Part shown: in pieces, positions 21,501-33,421 of the stretch
Layout: the number at the start of each line of letters is the position of its first letter
Numbering within the stretch: the stretch's first letter is position 1
NCBI GenBank assembly: GCA_963747235.1
Contig: CAVVEU010000040.1
Coordinates: 96,001 to 160,000, forward strand
Origin: an uncultured Candidatus Rokubacteria bacterium
GTDB lineage: Bacteria; Methylomirabilota; Methylomirabilia; Rokubacteriales; CSP1-6
Reading direction: 5' to 3'
DNA: 64,000 nucleotides
Notes under the pieces: generated by a model
What the model saw: only the letters and a program-made list of their open reading frames with translations
Databases searched by the model: none
What the model was told of the DNA's origin: nothing
Made by a program: the position numbers and the translations under genes

Positions 21501-24500
21501 CGGCCGCCGCGTCTCGATGACGCGCGCGTGCATCAGCGGATTCCCGGGCAGCGATCCGGTCATGCGGCGATACCGGTCCCAGGTCTCGAGGTCCTGGTGA
21601 CCGTCGGCGAACTGGGACATGAGCGGCACCACGCGGCCGTCGACCCAGCGCTGGATGGAGCAGCGGTCCACCCGGCACACCTGGGCGATCTTCATGGCGA
21701 CCTCGCGCAGCAGCCGCTTCGAGTCCAGCGTGGAGTTGAGGATCTCGGCGACCTCCAGGAGGGCCCGGCTCTCCTCGAGCCGGCCGCGAGTCTCGCCGTA
21801 GAGCCCCGCGTTGCGGATGGCCACACCCGCCTGGGCCACGAAGCTCTCGAGGAGCTGCTCGTCGTCGGGGTCGAGCCGGATCGGCTCGCGCCCGTTGAGG
21901 GAGAGCACCCCGAGGAGCGTCTCCTGGACCACGATCGGCACCACGAGCGCGCTGCGCAACCCGTGGGACGCCGCCCACTCCGTGAACTTGAACCGGGGAT
22001 CCTGCGCGATCTCCTCGATCTCGAGCGTCTCGCCGTGCAGCGCCACCCAGCCCACGCCGCCCTCACCATACAGGACGGTCTTGGAGGGGAAGTCGTCGGC
22101 CATCGGATCGGATGAGGTCCGGAACTCGACCGTGCGGGCCGCCTCGTTCGCGATCCAGAAGCTCGCCAGCGGCACCGCGATCAGCTCGCCGGCCGCCTCG
22201 GCGATGGCCCGGAGCACCTCGTCCATGTCGAGGGAGGAGGACACGATGTGCGCGAGGCGGGCCAGGCTGCGCAGGCGCGCCGCGCGGACGTCGAGGGCCC
22301 GGTAGAGCCGCGCGTTCTCGAGCGCGACCGCGATCTGGTTCGCGAAGGCCGAGAGGTACTCGACCTCGCGGCTGCTGAACGCCTCGCCCACCGGCCGATA
22401 CACGACGAGCGCGCCCTGCAGGTGCTCGCGGATGAGCGGCACCGCGAGGATGGACCGGCCGCCGATCTCCTCGACCCAGCGCCGCGACTCCGGCCGGAGC
22501 TGGATCCGCGGATCGTTCAGCACGTCGGCCGTCCAGACCGGCGCGCGCTCGGCCAGGGCCCGTCCGATCACGCCCTCGTCGGCATTGAGCGGCTGGGCGC
22601 GCCCGGTGATCGGGCCGGAGAACGGCCCCTGCCCGGCCACCAGGTGCAGGGGGCCGCCGGCCGCCTCCTGCAGCCAGATCGCGATGTCGAGCCGCCCGAG
22701 CGACTCGTGGGCCTGGGTGGCGACGATCTCGAGCACCCGGGCCTCGTCGAGCGTGGACACGAGCACGCGCCCCATCTCGGCCACCACGCGCATCCGCTCC
22801 GCCTGCTCGGACGCCTCGCGATAGAGCCGCGAGTGGTCGATGGCGATGGCGGCCTGGCCCGCGAAGCTCTCCCCCAGCTCCTGCTCGCGCGCGGTGAAGG
22901 CGCGCCGCCCGCGGAAGGTCAGCACGCCGATGGCCCGCTCACCGACCATGAGCGGCACGCCGAGATAGTGCGTGTAGCCGAGCCGCTTGCCCGCGGCCAG
23001 ATGGTCGGCCGGCATGATTGCTCGCCTCGAGCTCGCACATGAGCGCCTGGCCGGAGGCGAACACCCGGCCGGTCAGGCTCTCGCCCACCTTGATGCGCGG
23101 CCGGAGCATGGACTGGGCAGCGGTGCCGGCGAGACCCGCCACCACCAGGTCGTCGCCGTCGAGCAGCCGGAAGCCCGCGTTGTCCACGTCGAGCAGCCGG
23201 GCCGCCTCCTCCGCGATGGACGTCAGCAGGCTCTCCGGCGTCACGAGCGCCCCGATCTTCTTGTTGATCTCGAGCAGCGAGGACAGCGACGCCTTGCGGT
23301 CACGCTCCTGCGCGAACATCCGCGCGTTGTCGAGCGCGGTGGCCGCCTGCCCGGCGAGCGCGGTCATGATCGAGATCTCGGCCGCGGACGGCGTGTGCGG
23401 CTCCCACCAGTAGGCGGCGATCGCGCCGTGCGCATCGCCCTTGGTGAGCAGGGGGACGGACAGGACCGCGCGGTAGCCCTCACGCTGGATCAGCGCGCGC
23501 GCCTCCGGGCTGATCGCCAGCGCCGTGTCGTTCAGCACGTCCTCGCTCCACACCGGGACGCGCTCCTCGATCGCGCGGCCGGTGGTACCCTCCCCCAGAC
23601 GCATGCGCAGCGAGGCGGTGAACGCGCTCGACAGGCCGCGGCCGCGCTCGTAGGACACCACCCCGGTTTCCCGGTCGACCCGCATGACGCCGACCGCGGC
23701 CACCGCGAGCAGCGCCTGGCACCGCTCCAGCACCAGATCGAGGACGCGATCGACGTCGAGGGTCGAGCTGACCGCGCCGCTCACCTCGAGGAGCGCCTGG
23801 TACTGGGCCGCGTTGCGCGTGGCCTCGTCGAAGAGCCGCGCGTGCTCGAGCGCCACCGCGGCCTGCGTGGCGAAGTCGGTCAGGATCGAGAGATCCTCCT
23901 CGGTGAACGGCGGCGCGCCGGGTCCCCGCCCCGCGGTCATCACGCCCAGGGGCCGGTCGCCCGCCATGAGGGGCGCGGCCAGCAGCCGGCTCGTGAACGG
24001 GATGAACTCGGCCATCGCGCCGGGCGAGCTGGCGTAGTCGTTGGCCAGCGCGCCCCGACCGGTGGCCAGCGCGGCGCCGGCCACGCCGCTGCCGATCTTG
24101 AAGCGGAGATCCCGGATCCAGTCCGGGACATCCGACCAGGCCCGCGGGCGCAGGGTGTCGCCTTCCAGGAGGTACACCGCGGAGAACGTCCCCCCGATCA
24201 GCCGCTGGGCCGCGCGCGCGATGACGACCAGCAGCTCCTCGGGGTCGAGCTGCTCGGAGATGTGCCGCTCGATCACGTGCTGCGCCTCGAGCCGGCCGAG
24301 GCGCACCGCCGCGGTGTCGCGGAGCTGGGCGCGCTCGACCGCCAGGCCCACCTGCTGGGCCACCGCCGAGAGGATCGTCAGCTCCTCGGGCAGGAACTCG
24401 CGCCGCTCCTTGGAGACGAGCGCCATCACGCCCCAGGTCCGGTGCTCGACCGGGATCGGCAGCGCGAGCTGGGTGCGGTGGGCCCGCTCGGCCGCCATCT

Positions 24501-25741
24501 CCCGGATATGCTCTTCGGAGGGCGGCGAGGCGTCCAGGTGGGTGACGATGGTCTCGCCGGTGCGCGCCGCGTCGCCCACGTGGGAGCCCTCGAGCGGGCG
24601 GTTGCGGGAGCGATCGAGATAGCGGGGATCGACGCCGCTCTGCCCTTCCAGGACGAGCTGGCTGGCGTCGTGGTCCAGGCGATAGATCACGCCGACGTCC
24701 ATCCGGGCGAGACCGCGCACGATCTCGAGCGTCTCGCCGGCGGTGGTGGCCAGGTTGGAGCCGCGACTCATCGTCGCGAACACCGCGTTCAGCGCTTCCA
24801 GCTCGCGGTTGCGCCGCTCGAGCGCCACGCGGGGGCTGTCCGCGGGCGGCCCCGACCGCGCCGGCGGGCGCGGCCGGCCGGCCGCCGGCAGGAACGCCAG
24901 CACCACGCCCGCGAGCACCACCGCGCCGGCCCCCAGCAGGGCGAGGAACTCCAGCAGCAGGCGGTGCTCGGCCCGCGCGAACTCCCGCACCGACAGCACG
25001 ACCCAGAGGCCGCCGTCGGGCGACGTCACGACGGGCTCCGCGAGCCGGCGAACCGCGAAGGGCTCGTCGCCCACGTCGGTGGCGCCGACGGTGGCCGCGC
25101 GGGCCCAGCCGCTCCCGGGCAGATCGCTCCGGCTGGCCGCGAGCGCGCGATCGCCCGCGACGAAGATCACCGCCGGTCGCGCGGGGAGCCGGTCGAGCAA
25201 GGCGCCAAGCCCCTCGACGCGCCGGCCGGCCACCACGGTGCCGGGGCCGCCGGGCGGCTCGCGCCCGGCCGGGCTCTGCACCGGCGCGGTGACGAGGAAG
25301 TACGGCTGGCCACCCGCCAGCCGCAGGGTCAGGACCGGCTCGGTCGGCGGCCGGCGCGCCGGGGAGGCTCGGCGGCGGACCCGCCGGCACCTGCACCAGG
25401 GGCGTGCCGCGCGCGTCCCGGATCGTGATGAAGTCGGCGAGCCCGTCGCGCGTGACGGCCAGCACGCGCGGAGAGGCGCCGCGGGCCAGGATCGCCCAGT
25501 CGCCCTTGGCCGTTCCCTCGACCACCGCGGGGTCACTCGCGAGGAGGATCGTCTCGCGTCGCAGCGATTCCTGGTAGTCGCCGACCAGCGCGTTCACCGC
25601 GTCCACGGTCCGGGCGACCGCGGCGTCGCGGGTCCGCACGAGCTGGCGGTGGGCCGCGACAAACCCGAGGCCGGCCAGGATCCCCAGCGGGATCGCGAGC
25701 AGCAGGAACGGGACGAGGAAGGTCCGGATGAACCGACGCAC
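18557..25741 (-). CDS. Giant hybrid sensor histidine kinase: TM-extracytoplasmic-TM, 10 GAF domains, HisKA, HATPase_c, REC; frameshifted
   Basis: H-box [11 protein letters not shown]-box [31 protein letters not shown] and receiver LVVDDE...[10 protein letters not shown]...KP. Ten GAF-terminal Q-x-A-x-A-x-x-N-A-R-L-like helices across ORFs 23480..25741, 22939..25536, 18867..23015 and 18508..20982. Confidence 0.88.
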
Positions 25742-25770
25742 AACCTATTCTCGGCCCGTAGCGCGAGCGA

Positions 25771-25776
25771 ATTATA
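25771..25776 (-). promoter_or_regulatory. Putative -10 box of the multi-GAF kinase gene
   Basis: Perfect TATAAT 30 nt upstream of the GTG start, in very GC-rich DNA. Confidence 0.5.
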
Positions 25777-25789
25777 CGGGTTTTCGCTC

Positions 25790-26505
25790 TCAGAGCCCCA
25801 GGTAGGCCTGCTTGATGTGGCCGCTCGCGAGCAGCTCCGGCCCGGGCCCCGACCGGGTCACCCGCCCGTTCTCGAGCACGTAGCCCCGGTGGGCCAGGTG
25901 CAGCGACCGCAGCACGTTCTGCTCGACGAGCAAAATAGTGAGCCCTTGCGCGTTGATACGCCCCAGGTCCTCGAAGATCGCCTTCACCATGACCGGGGCC
26001 AGCCCGAGGCTCGGCTCGTCCAGCATGAGCAGCCGGGGGCAGGCCATGAGCCCGCGGCCGATGGCGCACATCTGCTGCTCGCCGCCCGAGAGGGTCCCCG
26101 CCGAGCTGCTCCCGCCGCTCCCGCAGGCGCGGGAACAGGTCGAAGACCCGCGCGAGGGTCTCGGCTCGCCGGCGCCCGGGCCGCCCGCGTGCGGGCCCCC
26201 AGCTCCAGGTTCTCCAGGACCGTCATCGTCGGGAAGAGCTGGCGGCCTTCGGGCACGTGGGCGATGCCGCGGGCCACGATCTGGGCGGACGTGAGGCCGT
26301 CGAGCCGCTGGCCCTCGAACTCGATGCGCCCGCGGCGAAGCGGCAGCAGGCCCGAGATCGCGCGCAGCGTGGTCGTCTTGCCCGCGCCGTTGGCGCCGAT
26401 CAGCGCCACCGCCTCGCCCTCGCGCACCTCGAGCGAGACGTCGCCGACCGCGGTCAGGTCGCCGTAGCCGACCTCGATGCCCTCAACGCGCAGGAGTGTG
26501 GACAT
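25790..26505 (-). CDS. livF: ABC ATP-binding protein (LivF-like); frameshifted
   Basis: GANGAGKTT, HVPEGRQLF, LDEPSLGLAP, LVEQN. Confidence 0.88.
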
Positions 26506-27227
26506 ACTCCTCGCCCAGGTAGGCCTCGATCACGCGCGGGTGGTTGGCGACCGTGGCGGGGGGCCCCTCCACGATCTTCTCGCCGAAGTTGAGCACCGCG
26601 ATGCGGTGCGAGAGCGTCATCACCGCCCGCATGTTGTGCTCGATCAGCAGGATGGATACGCCGTCCTCGTTGATGCGCTGGATGAGGTCCACGATCGCCG
26701 CGATCTCGGTGGGATTGAGCCCGGCCATCACCTCGTCGAGCAGGAGCAGGGTGGGCTCGGTGGCCAGCGCGCGCGCGAGCTCGAGCCGCTTGCGCTCGGC
26801 GAGGGTCAGCCCGGACGCCGCGTGCCCGGCCTTGGCGCCCAGCCCCACCCGGTCGATCACCGCCGCGCGCCTTCTCCCGCGCCTCCGCCATGCGGGGGTG
26901 CCGCGCCAGCGCGCCCACCCGGACATTGTCGAGCACGGAGAGATGGGGAAAGGGGCGGACGATCTGGAAGGTGCGGGCCAGGCCGAGGCCGCAGATCGCG
27001 TGCGGCTTGAGCCCGACGAGCGGGTGGCCGTCGAAGTGGACCGTGCCCTGGTCGGGCGCGAGAAAGCCCGAGAGCAGGTTGAACGCGGTGGTCTTGCCGG
27101 CCCCGTTGGGGCCGATGAGCCCGAGCACCTCGCCGCGCGCCATCTCGAGCGAGAGATCGCGCACCGCCACGCAGCCCGCCGAAGCGCTTGGAGATCCCGG
27201 CGACGCGGAGCAGCGGCGGCAGGTCAC
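26483..27227 (-). CDS. livG: ABC ATP-binding protein (LivG-like); frameshifted
   Basis: GPNGAGKTT, ARTFQIVRPF, RKRLELARALA, LDEVMAGLN, IEHNM. Confidence 0.88.
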
Positions 27228-28171
27228 CGGGCCGCGCGCGCCCAGAGGCGGCGCAGGGCCGGGTAGGCGCCCTGGGGCAGGAAGAGCACCACCGCGATGA
27301 GCAGGAGGCCGTAGGCGATCAGGTGCGCGCCCGCCCAGCCCCCCTGCCCGAAGTAGATCCGCGAGACCTCGGCGAGCGGGCTCAGGATGAAGGAGCCGAG
27401 GATCGGGCCCATGACCGTCCCCGCGCCGCCCACGATGGGCCGGATGATGATCTCGACCGAGAGCGGGATGCCGAACACCGAGCCGGGCTGGAGCGAGAAG
27501 AGGTAGAACGCGTAGAACGTCCCGCCCACGCCGGTGAGGAACGACGAGACGATCATCGCCAGCATCTTGTAGCGGAAGGTGTTCACCCCGAGCGCCTCGC
27601 AGGCGCTCTCGTCCTCCCGGATCGCGATCAGGTACGCGCCGAAGCGGCGGCGCTCGATGGCGGCCACGATGCCGGTGGCGATCAGCATCAGCCCGAGGGC
27701 CACGTAGTAGTACACGCGGTTGTCCTGGAACTGGAACTGCCACGGGTTGCCCGTGAAGGTGATGTAGTAGCCGAGCGCCCCGCCCACCGCGTCGGTGTTG
27801 AGCGCCACGATCCGGCAGACCTCCGCGAAGGCCACCGTGAGCAGCACGAAGTAGAAGCCGCGCAGGCCGAAGCGGAAGCCCAGGTAGCCGACGATGGCGC
27901 CGAGCACGGCCGAGAGCAGGCCGCCCACCAGCATGCCGATCCACGGCGTGAGCCCGGCCTGCACCGAGAGGATCGCGGAGGTGTAGGCCCCGATGCCGAC
28001 GAAGGCGGCGTGGCCCGCCGAGAGCTGCCCCGCGTAGCCGCCCACGATGTTCCAGGCCTGCCCGAGGAAGGCGTAGAAGAAGATGAAGATGAACACGGTG
28101 ACCGCGTAGGAGTTGAGCACCGCGGGCAGCAGCAGCAGGACGAGCAGCGCGGCGGCGCCGAGCCACTTCAC
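27224..28171 (-). CDS. livM: ABC permease (LivM-like)
   Basis: WNIVGGYAGQLSAGHA, GFYFVLLT, AIREDESACEALGVN. Confidence 0.88.
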   Translation of the reverse strand: MKWLGAAALLVLLLLPAVLNSYAVTVFIFIFFYAFLGQAWNIVGGYAGQLSAGHAAFVGIGAYTSAILSVQAGLTPWIGMLVGGLLSAVLGAIVGYLGFRFGLRGFYFVLLTVAFAEVCRIVALNTDAVGGALGYYITFTGNPWQFQFQDNRVYYYVALGLMLIATGIVAAIERRRFGAYLIAIREDESACEALGVNTFRYKMLAMIVSSFLTGVGGTFYAFYLFSLQPGSVFGIPLSVEIIIRPIVGGAGTVMGPILGSFILSPLAEVSRIYFGQGGWAGAHLIAYGLLLIAVVLFLPQGAYPALRRLWARAAR

Positions 28172-29041
28172 GCGGCGGTCTTCCCGAAGAGCCCGGCCGG
28201 CCGGAACAGCAGGATCACGATGAGCAGCGAGAAGCTCACCAGCTCCTTCATGGACGGGCTCAGGAACACCGCGCCGAGCGACTCGGCCACCGAGACCAGC
28301 AGGCCGCCCAGGAACGCGCCGGGCAGGCTGCCCATGCCCGCCGATGATCACGATGTTGAACGAGGCCACCGACAGCGAGAGCCCGCCCGCGGGCTGGAAG
28401 GGCAGGATCGGCGAGACGAGCGCCCCCGCCGCCCCCACGCACGCGGCCCCGATGCCGAAGGCGGCCGCGTAGACGCGCCGCACGTCGGTGCCGATCACGA
28501 GCGCGCCGTAGGCGTTGTCGGCGGCCGCGCGCATGGTGCGGCCGAGGTCGGTGCGGGTGAGGAAGAGGTAGAGGGCCAGGGTGAGCACCATGGCCAGCGC
28601 GAAGGTCACGAGCCGCGCCACGTCCACGAACACCGGCCCGAGCCAGAAGGTCGCCGCCCGCAGCGGCGAGCGCACCCGCTGGGGATCGGGGCCGAAGGCC
28701 ATCAGCGCCGCGTTCTCGAGCACGAGCGCGACGCCCAGCATCAGCAGGATCTGCATCTCGTGCGGCGCGTCGACGATGCGGTCGACGAGCAGGCGCTGCG
28801 TGACCCAGCCCATCAGGAAGAGGGCGCCCGCGCAGGCGACGAAGCCCACGTAGGGGTCGATCCCCGCCCGCGTGGCGAGGATCCAGGCCAGGTACATGCC
28901 CCAGACCATCATGTCGCCGTGGGCGAAGTTGACGACGCGCATCACCCCGAAGATCAGGGTGAGCCCCACGGCCATGAGGCTGTAGACGCCCCCGAACAGC
29001 AGGCCGCTCAGCAGCCCCTGGGCGACGAGCGCCGGGTCCAG
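28168..29041 (-). CDS. livH: ABC permease (LivH-like); frameshifted, start uncertain
   Basis: GLTLIFGVMRVVNFAHG, GRTMRAAADN. Confidence 0.88.
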
Positions 29042-29047
29042 GGCCGG

Positions 29048-30329
29048 CTACGCCTTGGGACGCGGGAAGACGAACTTCGAGACGGCGGCCTCCCGGGGCC
29101 AGACCGCGACCGGCTTGCCGGCCAGGATCTGGATCATGGTGGTGACCGCGTTCGGATTGTCGCCGATCTCGTTGAACACCACCGGCCCCGCGTACTGCAT
29201 GAGCCCGCCCGACCAGTTCGACGTCCGGAGCGCCTCCACGATGGCGTCGGGATCGGTGGACTTGGCGCGCTCGAGGACGTCCGCGATCAGCATCATGCCG
29301 TCGTAGGAGTAGCCCGAGTTGGTGTCGAACGTCTTGCCGTTCGACCGCTTCAGGTAGTCCTCGGCGACCGCCTGGGTGCGCGGGTTCTTGAAGTTCGCCC
29401 ACGGCAGGCTGCTCATGACGTAGTCGAGGTCTTCCTTGAGGGTCGCGAGCTGCCCCGCCTCGTAGAGCCCCGGGCTGCCCGGCCCGACGATGCCCATGAT
29501 GTCCAGGCGCTGCTTGCGGATCTCGGGCAGGAGGAGCTGCGCGCTCGCCGGCCGCGTGATCGGCGCGATGATGTCGGGCTTGGCCGACTTGGCGCGCGAG
29601 ACCTCGGTGGAGAGATCCTGGGGCGGCTCCGGCCACGGGATCACGTCCACGATGTCCCACGAGGGCTTGGCCGCCGCGTGCGCGGCCTGGAAGCCCTTGG
29701 CGTTGTTCTGGCCGAAGAGGTCGTTGCAGTACATCAGCACCACCCGCTTGGGCGACACCTTGGCTTCCTGGAAGATCTCGGTGAAGTACTGCACCGCCTT
29801 GCGCCCGAACGACGAGCCGGTCGGGAAGTTGCGGTACACGTACTGCGTCTTCTGCTGGCCGTCCTTCACCGCCTTCGCCACGTTGGCGGTGATCGGGTCG
29901 GCGGCGGCGATGTCCACCAGGAACGGGATCCGGCGCTGCTGGACCACCGGCACCATCGCCGCGGTGGAGCCGGAATCGAAGGAGCCCATCAGCACCTGGG
30001 CGCCCTGGTTGATCACCCGCTCGGCCTCGGTCCGCCCGACGTCGGGCTTCGTCTGCGTGTCGCCCAGGACCAGCTCGAGCTTCATGCCGCCGAGCGACTT
30101 GATGCCGCCCGCCGCGTTGATCGCGTCGGCGGCCATCTGCGCCCCGAGGCGGCAGGCCTGGCCGGGCTCGGCGAGCGGGCCCGGTGATCGGGTGCACCAC
30201 GCCGACCTTGAGCGTCGGGGCCTGCGCGCGCAGCACCGCGGGGAAGCCGAGCGCGGCGGCGCCCGCGGCGGTCCCGGCGGTCTTCAGGAAGGTGCGGCGA
30301 TGCACACGTGGCTGGCGTCGGTCGCTCAT
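29048..30329 (-). CDS. ABC substrate-binding protein (LivK family) with a Tat signal; frameshifted
   Basis: RRTFLKTAG...RAQ twin-arginine leader, INAAGGIKSLGG, periplasmic binding-protein-like sequence. Confidence 0.88.
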
Positions 30330-30354
30330 CGATTTATCCCCCGTTGGCCCAGTG

Positions 30355-31506
30355 TCAGGTGTTGCCCAGAAGCTGCTGGGCGATGACCACTCGCTGGATC
30401 TGGTTCGTGCCCTCGTAGATCTGGGTGATCTTGGCGTCGCGCATGAAGCGCTCCACCGGGAATTCCTTCGTGTAGCCGTAGCCGCCGAGGATCTGCACCG
30501 CGTCGGTGGCCGCCTTCATGGCGGTGTCCGAGGCCAGGCACTTGGCCACCGAGGACTCGAGCGCGGCGCCGGTGATCCCGTGGTCGATCAGCGCGGCGGC
30601 GTGGTGGACGACGAGCCGCGAGGCGTGCACCGCGATCGCCATGTCGGCGAGCATGAACTGGATGCCCTGGAAGGCGGCGATGGGCTGATCGAAGGCGCGC
30701 CGCTCCTTGGCGTAGGCCACCGAGGCGTCGAGCGCGGCCTGGGCGATGCCGACCGCCTGCGCGCCGATGGTCGGGCGCGACTGCTCGAGGGTCTTCATCG
30801 CGACCTTGAAGCCCTCCCCTTCCGCGCCGAGGCGGTTCTCCACCGGCACTTCACAGTCGGTGAAGTGCAGCGCCACGGTGGGCGAGCCGTGGATGCCGAG
30901 CTTGCGCTCCGGCTTGCCCACCGTGAAGCCCTTGAGCCCCGGCTCGATCAGGAGCGCCGTCACGCCCGCGGCCCGCTTGCCGGGCTCGGTGGTGACGAAC
31001 ACGGTGATGATGCCCGCGTGCGAGCCGTTGGTCACCCACATCTTGGAGCCGTTGAGCACGTAGCGATCGCCTCGGCGCACCGCTCGGCAGGTCATCGCCG
31101 CCGCGTCGGAGCCCGCGCCGGGCTCGGAGAGGGAGAAGGCCGCGGTCATCTCGCCGGAGGCCAGCTTCGGCAGGTAGCGCCGCTTCTGCTCCTCGCTGCC
31201 CGCGAAGATGATCGGGTAGCCGCCGAGATTCTGGACCAGGAAGATGGTCGCGGTGGAGGCGCACGCCCAGGCCACCTCCTCGGCGGCCAGGCAGAACGCG
31301 AGCGAGCCCGACGCGGTGCCCCCGTAGGCCTCCGGGATGTGGAGCCCCATGAGCCCCTGCTGGCCGAGCAGCTTGAGCTGCTCGTGCGGGTACTCCCCGG
31401 TCTCGTCCACGTGGGCCGCCAGCGGGGCGATGCGCTCGCGCGCGATCTCCCGCGCGAGATCGCGGATGGCCCGCTGGTCGTCGCTCAGGTAGTACAGGTG
31501 GCTCAT
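30355..31506 (-). CDS. Acyl-CoA dehydrogenase
   Basis: FSLSEPGAGSDA, NGSKMWVTN, QILGGYGY, YEGTNQIQR. Confidence 0.95.
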   Translation of the reverse strand: MSHLYYLSDDQRAIRDLAREIARERIAPLAAHVDETGEYPHEQLKLLGQQGLMGLHIPEAYGGTASGSLAFCLAAEEVAWACASTATIFLVQNLGGYPIIFAGSEEQKRRYLPKLASGEMTAAFSLSEPGAGSDAAAMTCRAVRRGDRYVLNGSKMWVTNGSHAGIITVFVTTEPGKRAAGVTALLIEPGLKGFTVGKPERKLGIHGSPTVALHFTDCEVPVENRLGAEGEGFKVAMKTLEQSRPTIGAQAVGIAQAALDASVAYAKERRAFDQPIAAFQGIQFMLADMAIAVHASRLVVHHAAALIDHGITGAALESSVAKCLASDTAMKAATDAVQILGGYGYTKEFPVERFMRDAKITQIYEGTNQIQRVVIAQQLLGNT

Positions 31507-31551
31507 TTCGAGTAGCGGTAGAACCCCGCGAGCCCGCAGCCCCCCTCCCTC

Positions 31552-32409
31552 TCACTTGTGGCTGTAGTCATAGAAACCCTTTCCCGTCTTGCGACCGAGC
31601 TGCCCGGCCATCACCATGCGCTTCAGCAACGGCGGGGGCGCGTAGCGGGGTTCCCGGTACTCGTCGAACATGACCTCGGCCACGAACATGGTGGTGTCGA
31701 GGCCCACCAGGTCGAGCAGGGTGAAGGGACCCATCGGGTAGCCGCAGCCGAGCTTCATGGCCTGGTCGATGTCCTCCAGCGTGGCCAGCCCGCCCTCGTA
31801 GACCCGGATCGCGTCGAGCAGGTAGGGCACGAGCAGGCGATTCACGATGAAGGCCGTCGAGTCTTTCGCCCGCACCGGCACCTTGCCCACCGCCTGCACC
31901 CACTCGTAGGCCGCGAGCACGCTCTTCTCGTCGGTGAGGATGGTCTGGATGACCTCCACGAGCTTCATGAGCGGCACCGGGTTGAAGAAGTGCAGCCCCA
32001 GCACCTGACCGGGCCGCCTGGTGGCCGCGGCCATCGCGGTGATGTTGCAGGACGAGGTGTTCGAGGCGAGCAGCGCGTGCGGCGGGCAGATCCGGTCGAG
32101 CTTGGCGAAGGTCTCGTTCTTGAGCGGCTGGTTCTCGGTGATGGCCTCGATCACGAGGTCGCAGTCGCGGAAGGCCTCGAGGCCGACCACGCCCCTGATC
32201 CGACCCATGATCTCGTCGCGGGTCTTCTCGTCGATGCGCGCCTTGGCCACCAGCGCGTCGAGGCTCTTGCGGAGCCCGCCGAGCCCCCGGTCGAGCAGCT
32301 CCTGGGTCGCCTCCGCCACGATCGTGGAGAAGCCGGCCTGCGCGGCGACCTGGACGATGCCCGATCCCATCAGCCCACAGCCCAGCACTCCGACGGTCCG
32401 TATGGCCAT
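31552..32409 (-). CDS. hbd: 3-hydroxybutyryl-CoA (3-hydroxyacyl-CoA) dehydrogenase
   Basis: GCGLMGSG Rossmann motif, [28 protein letters not shown]. Confidence 0.92.
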   Translation of the reverse strand: MAIRTVGVLGCGLMGSGIVQVAAQAGFSTIVAEATQELLDRGLGGLRKSLDALVAKARIDEKTRDEIMGRIRGVVGLEAFRDCDLVIEAITENQPLKNETFAKLDRICPPHALLASNTSSCNITAMAAATRRPGQVLGLHFFNPVPLMKLVEVIQTILTDEKSVLAAYEWVQAVGKVPVRAKDSTAFIVNRLLVPYLLDAIRVYEGGLATLEDIDQAMKLGCGYPMGPFTLLDLVGLDTTMFVAEVMFDEYREPRYAPPPLLKRMVMAGQLGRKTGKGFYDYSHK

Positions 32410-32489
32410 GCCTGGTGTCTCCTGATCACAGCCGGCCCCGGTCGCCCGGGGGCGGCGTCAGCTTCGTCTGGGAGGAGCCGGCTCGACGA

Positions 32490-32836
32490 TCAGCGGCGGG
32501 AGCGCGACCGGTTGTAGGCGGCCAGCGCGAACTCGTGCTCGATGTCGCCGCCGGGCACGGGTTCATCACCTTCACGCTGATCCCGGTCTTCTTGTTGCGC
32601 ATCGAGCCGTCCGGCTGCGGCTCCCACTCGTCGATGGCCGACGGGCGGGGCGCCAGCGCGTCACGCTTGATGTCCTCGGTATAGGCCCGCTCGCGGGACT
32701 CCACGGGGCGGTTCATCAGGTTGAGGATGAGGGGCGCCACCGCCTTCTGCTCGGGCTCGGCCGCCCCCAGGCCCACGGGGACCGCCAGTCCCGCGACCAC
32801 GATCACCAGTGCTCCCAGCCATCCGCGCTCGGTCAT
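32490..32836 (-). CDS. Hypothetical exported protein; frameshift near the C-terminus
   Basis: N-terminal hydrophobic signal (WLGALVIVVAGLAVPVGLGAA), RBS GGGAGG; fills the apt-hbd gap. Confidence 0.6.
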
Positions 32837-32878
32837 GGATCGCCTCCCGGCCCCCATCATACAACCACTTGCGACCGC

Positions 32879-33409
32879 CTAGTCGTAGACGATCAGGGAG
32901 TCGATCCGGTGGCCGGCGCCGGCCAGCCGCTCGCGCCCCTTGAGAAAGGCCAGCTCGATCAGGAACGTGGCCCCGACCACGGTCGCCCCGAGCCGGTCGA
33001 AGAGCTGGAACGTGGCCGCCATGGTTCCGCCGGTGGCGAGGAGATCGTCCACCACCAGGACCCGCTGGCCCTTGCGCACCGCGTCCTCGTGGATGGCCAG
33101 CACATCGCGGCCGTACTCGAGCTCGTACTCCTCCTCGATCGTGGGCGCGGGCAGCTTGCCCCGCTTGCGCACCGGCACGAAGCCCGCCTTGAGCTGGTGC
33201 GCGAGCGCGCCGCCGAAGATGAAGCCGCGCGACTCCACGCCCACCACGAGGTCCACCCGCGCGGTGTGGTAGCGCGCGGCCAGGTGGTCGATCACGGAGG
33301 CCCAGGCCGGGCCGTCCTTGAGCAGCGTGGTGATGTCCTTGAAGAGGATGCCCTCGGTCGGGAAATCCTTGATGTCGCGGATCTTTGCGCGGAGCTCGCC
33401 GACGTCCAT
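32879..33409 (-). CDS. apt: Adenine phosphoribosyltransferase
   Basis: DFPTEGILFKDIT, ESRGF, RKRGKLP, PRPP motif VDDLLATGGT. Confidence 0.96.
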   Translation of the reverse strand: MDVGELRAKIRDIKDFPTEGILFKDITTLLKDGPAWASVIDHLAARYHTARVDLVVGVESRGFIFGGALAHQLKAGFVPVRKRGKLPAPTIEEEYELEYGRDVLAIHEDAVRKGQRVLVVDDLLATGGTMAATFQLFDRLGATVVGATFLIELAFLKGRERLAGAGHRIDSLIVYD

Positions 33410-33421
33410 GGCGCAGGAATG

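Noticed and set aside
19023-25428. Very long plus-strand ORFs (1030 aa, 813 aa; likewise 27188..30187)
   Set aside because: Antisense shadows of real minus-strand genes; stop codons are scarce in high-GC DNA and they carry no recognisable motifs.
27224-28975. LivH-LivM fusion ORF
   Set aside because: An indel near 28335 shifts the frame; the GTGA overlap at 28168-28171 marks two genes.
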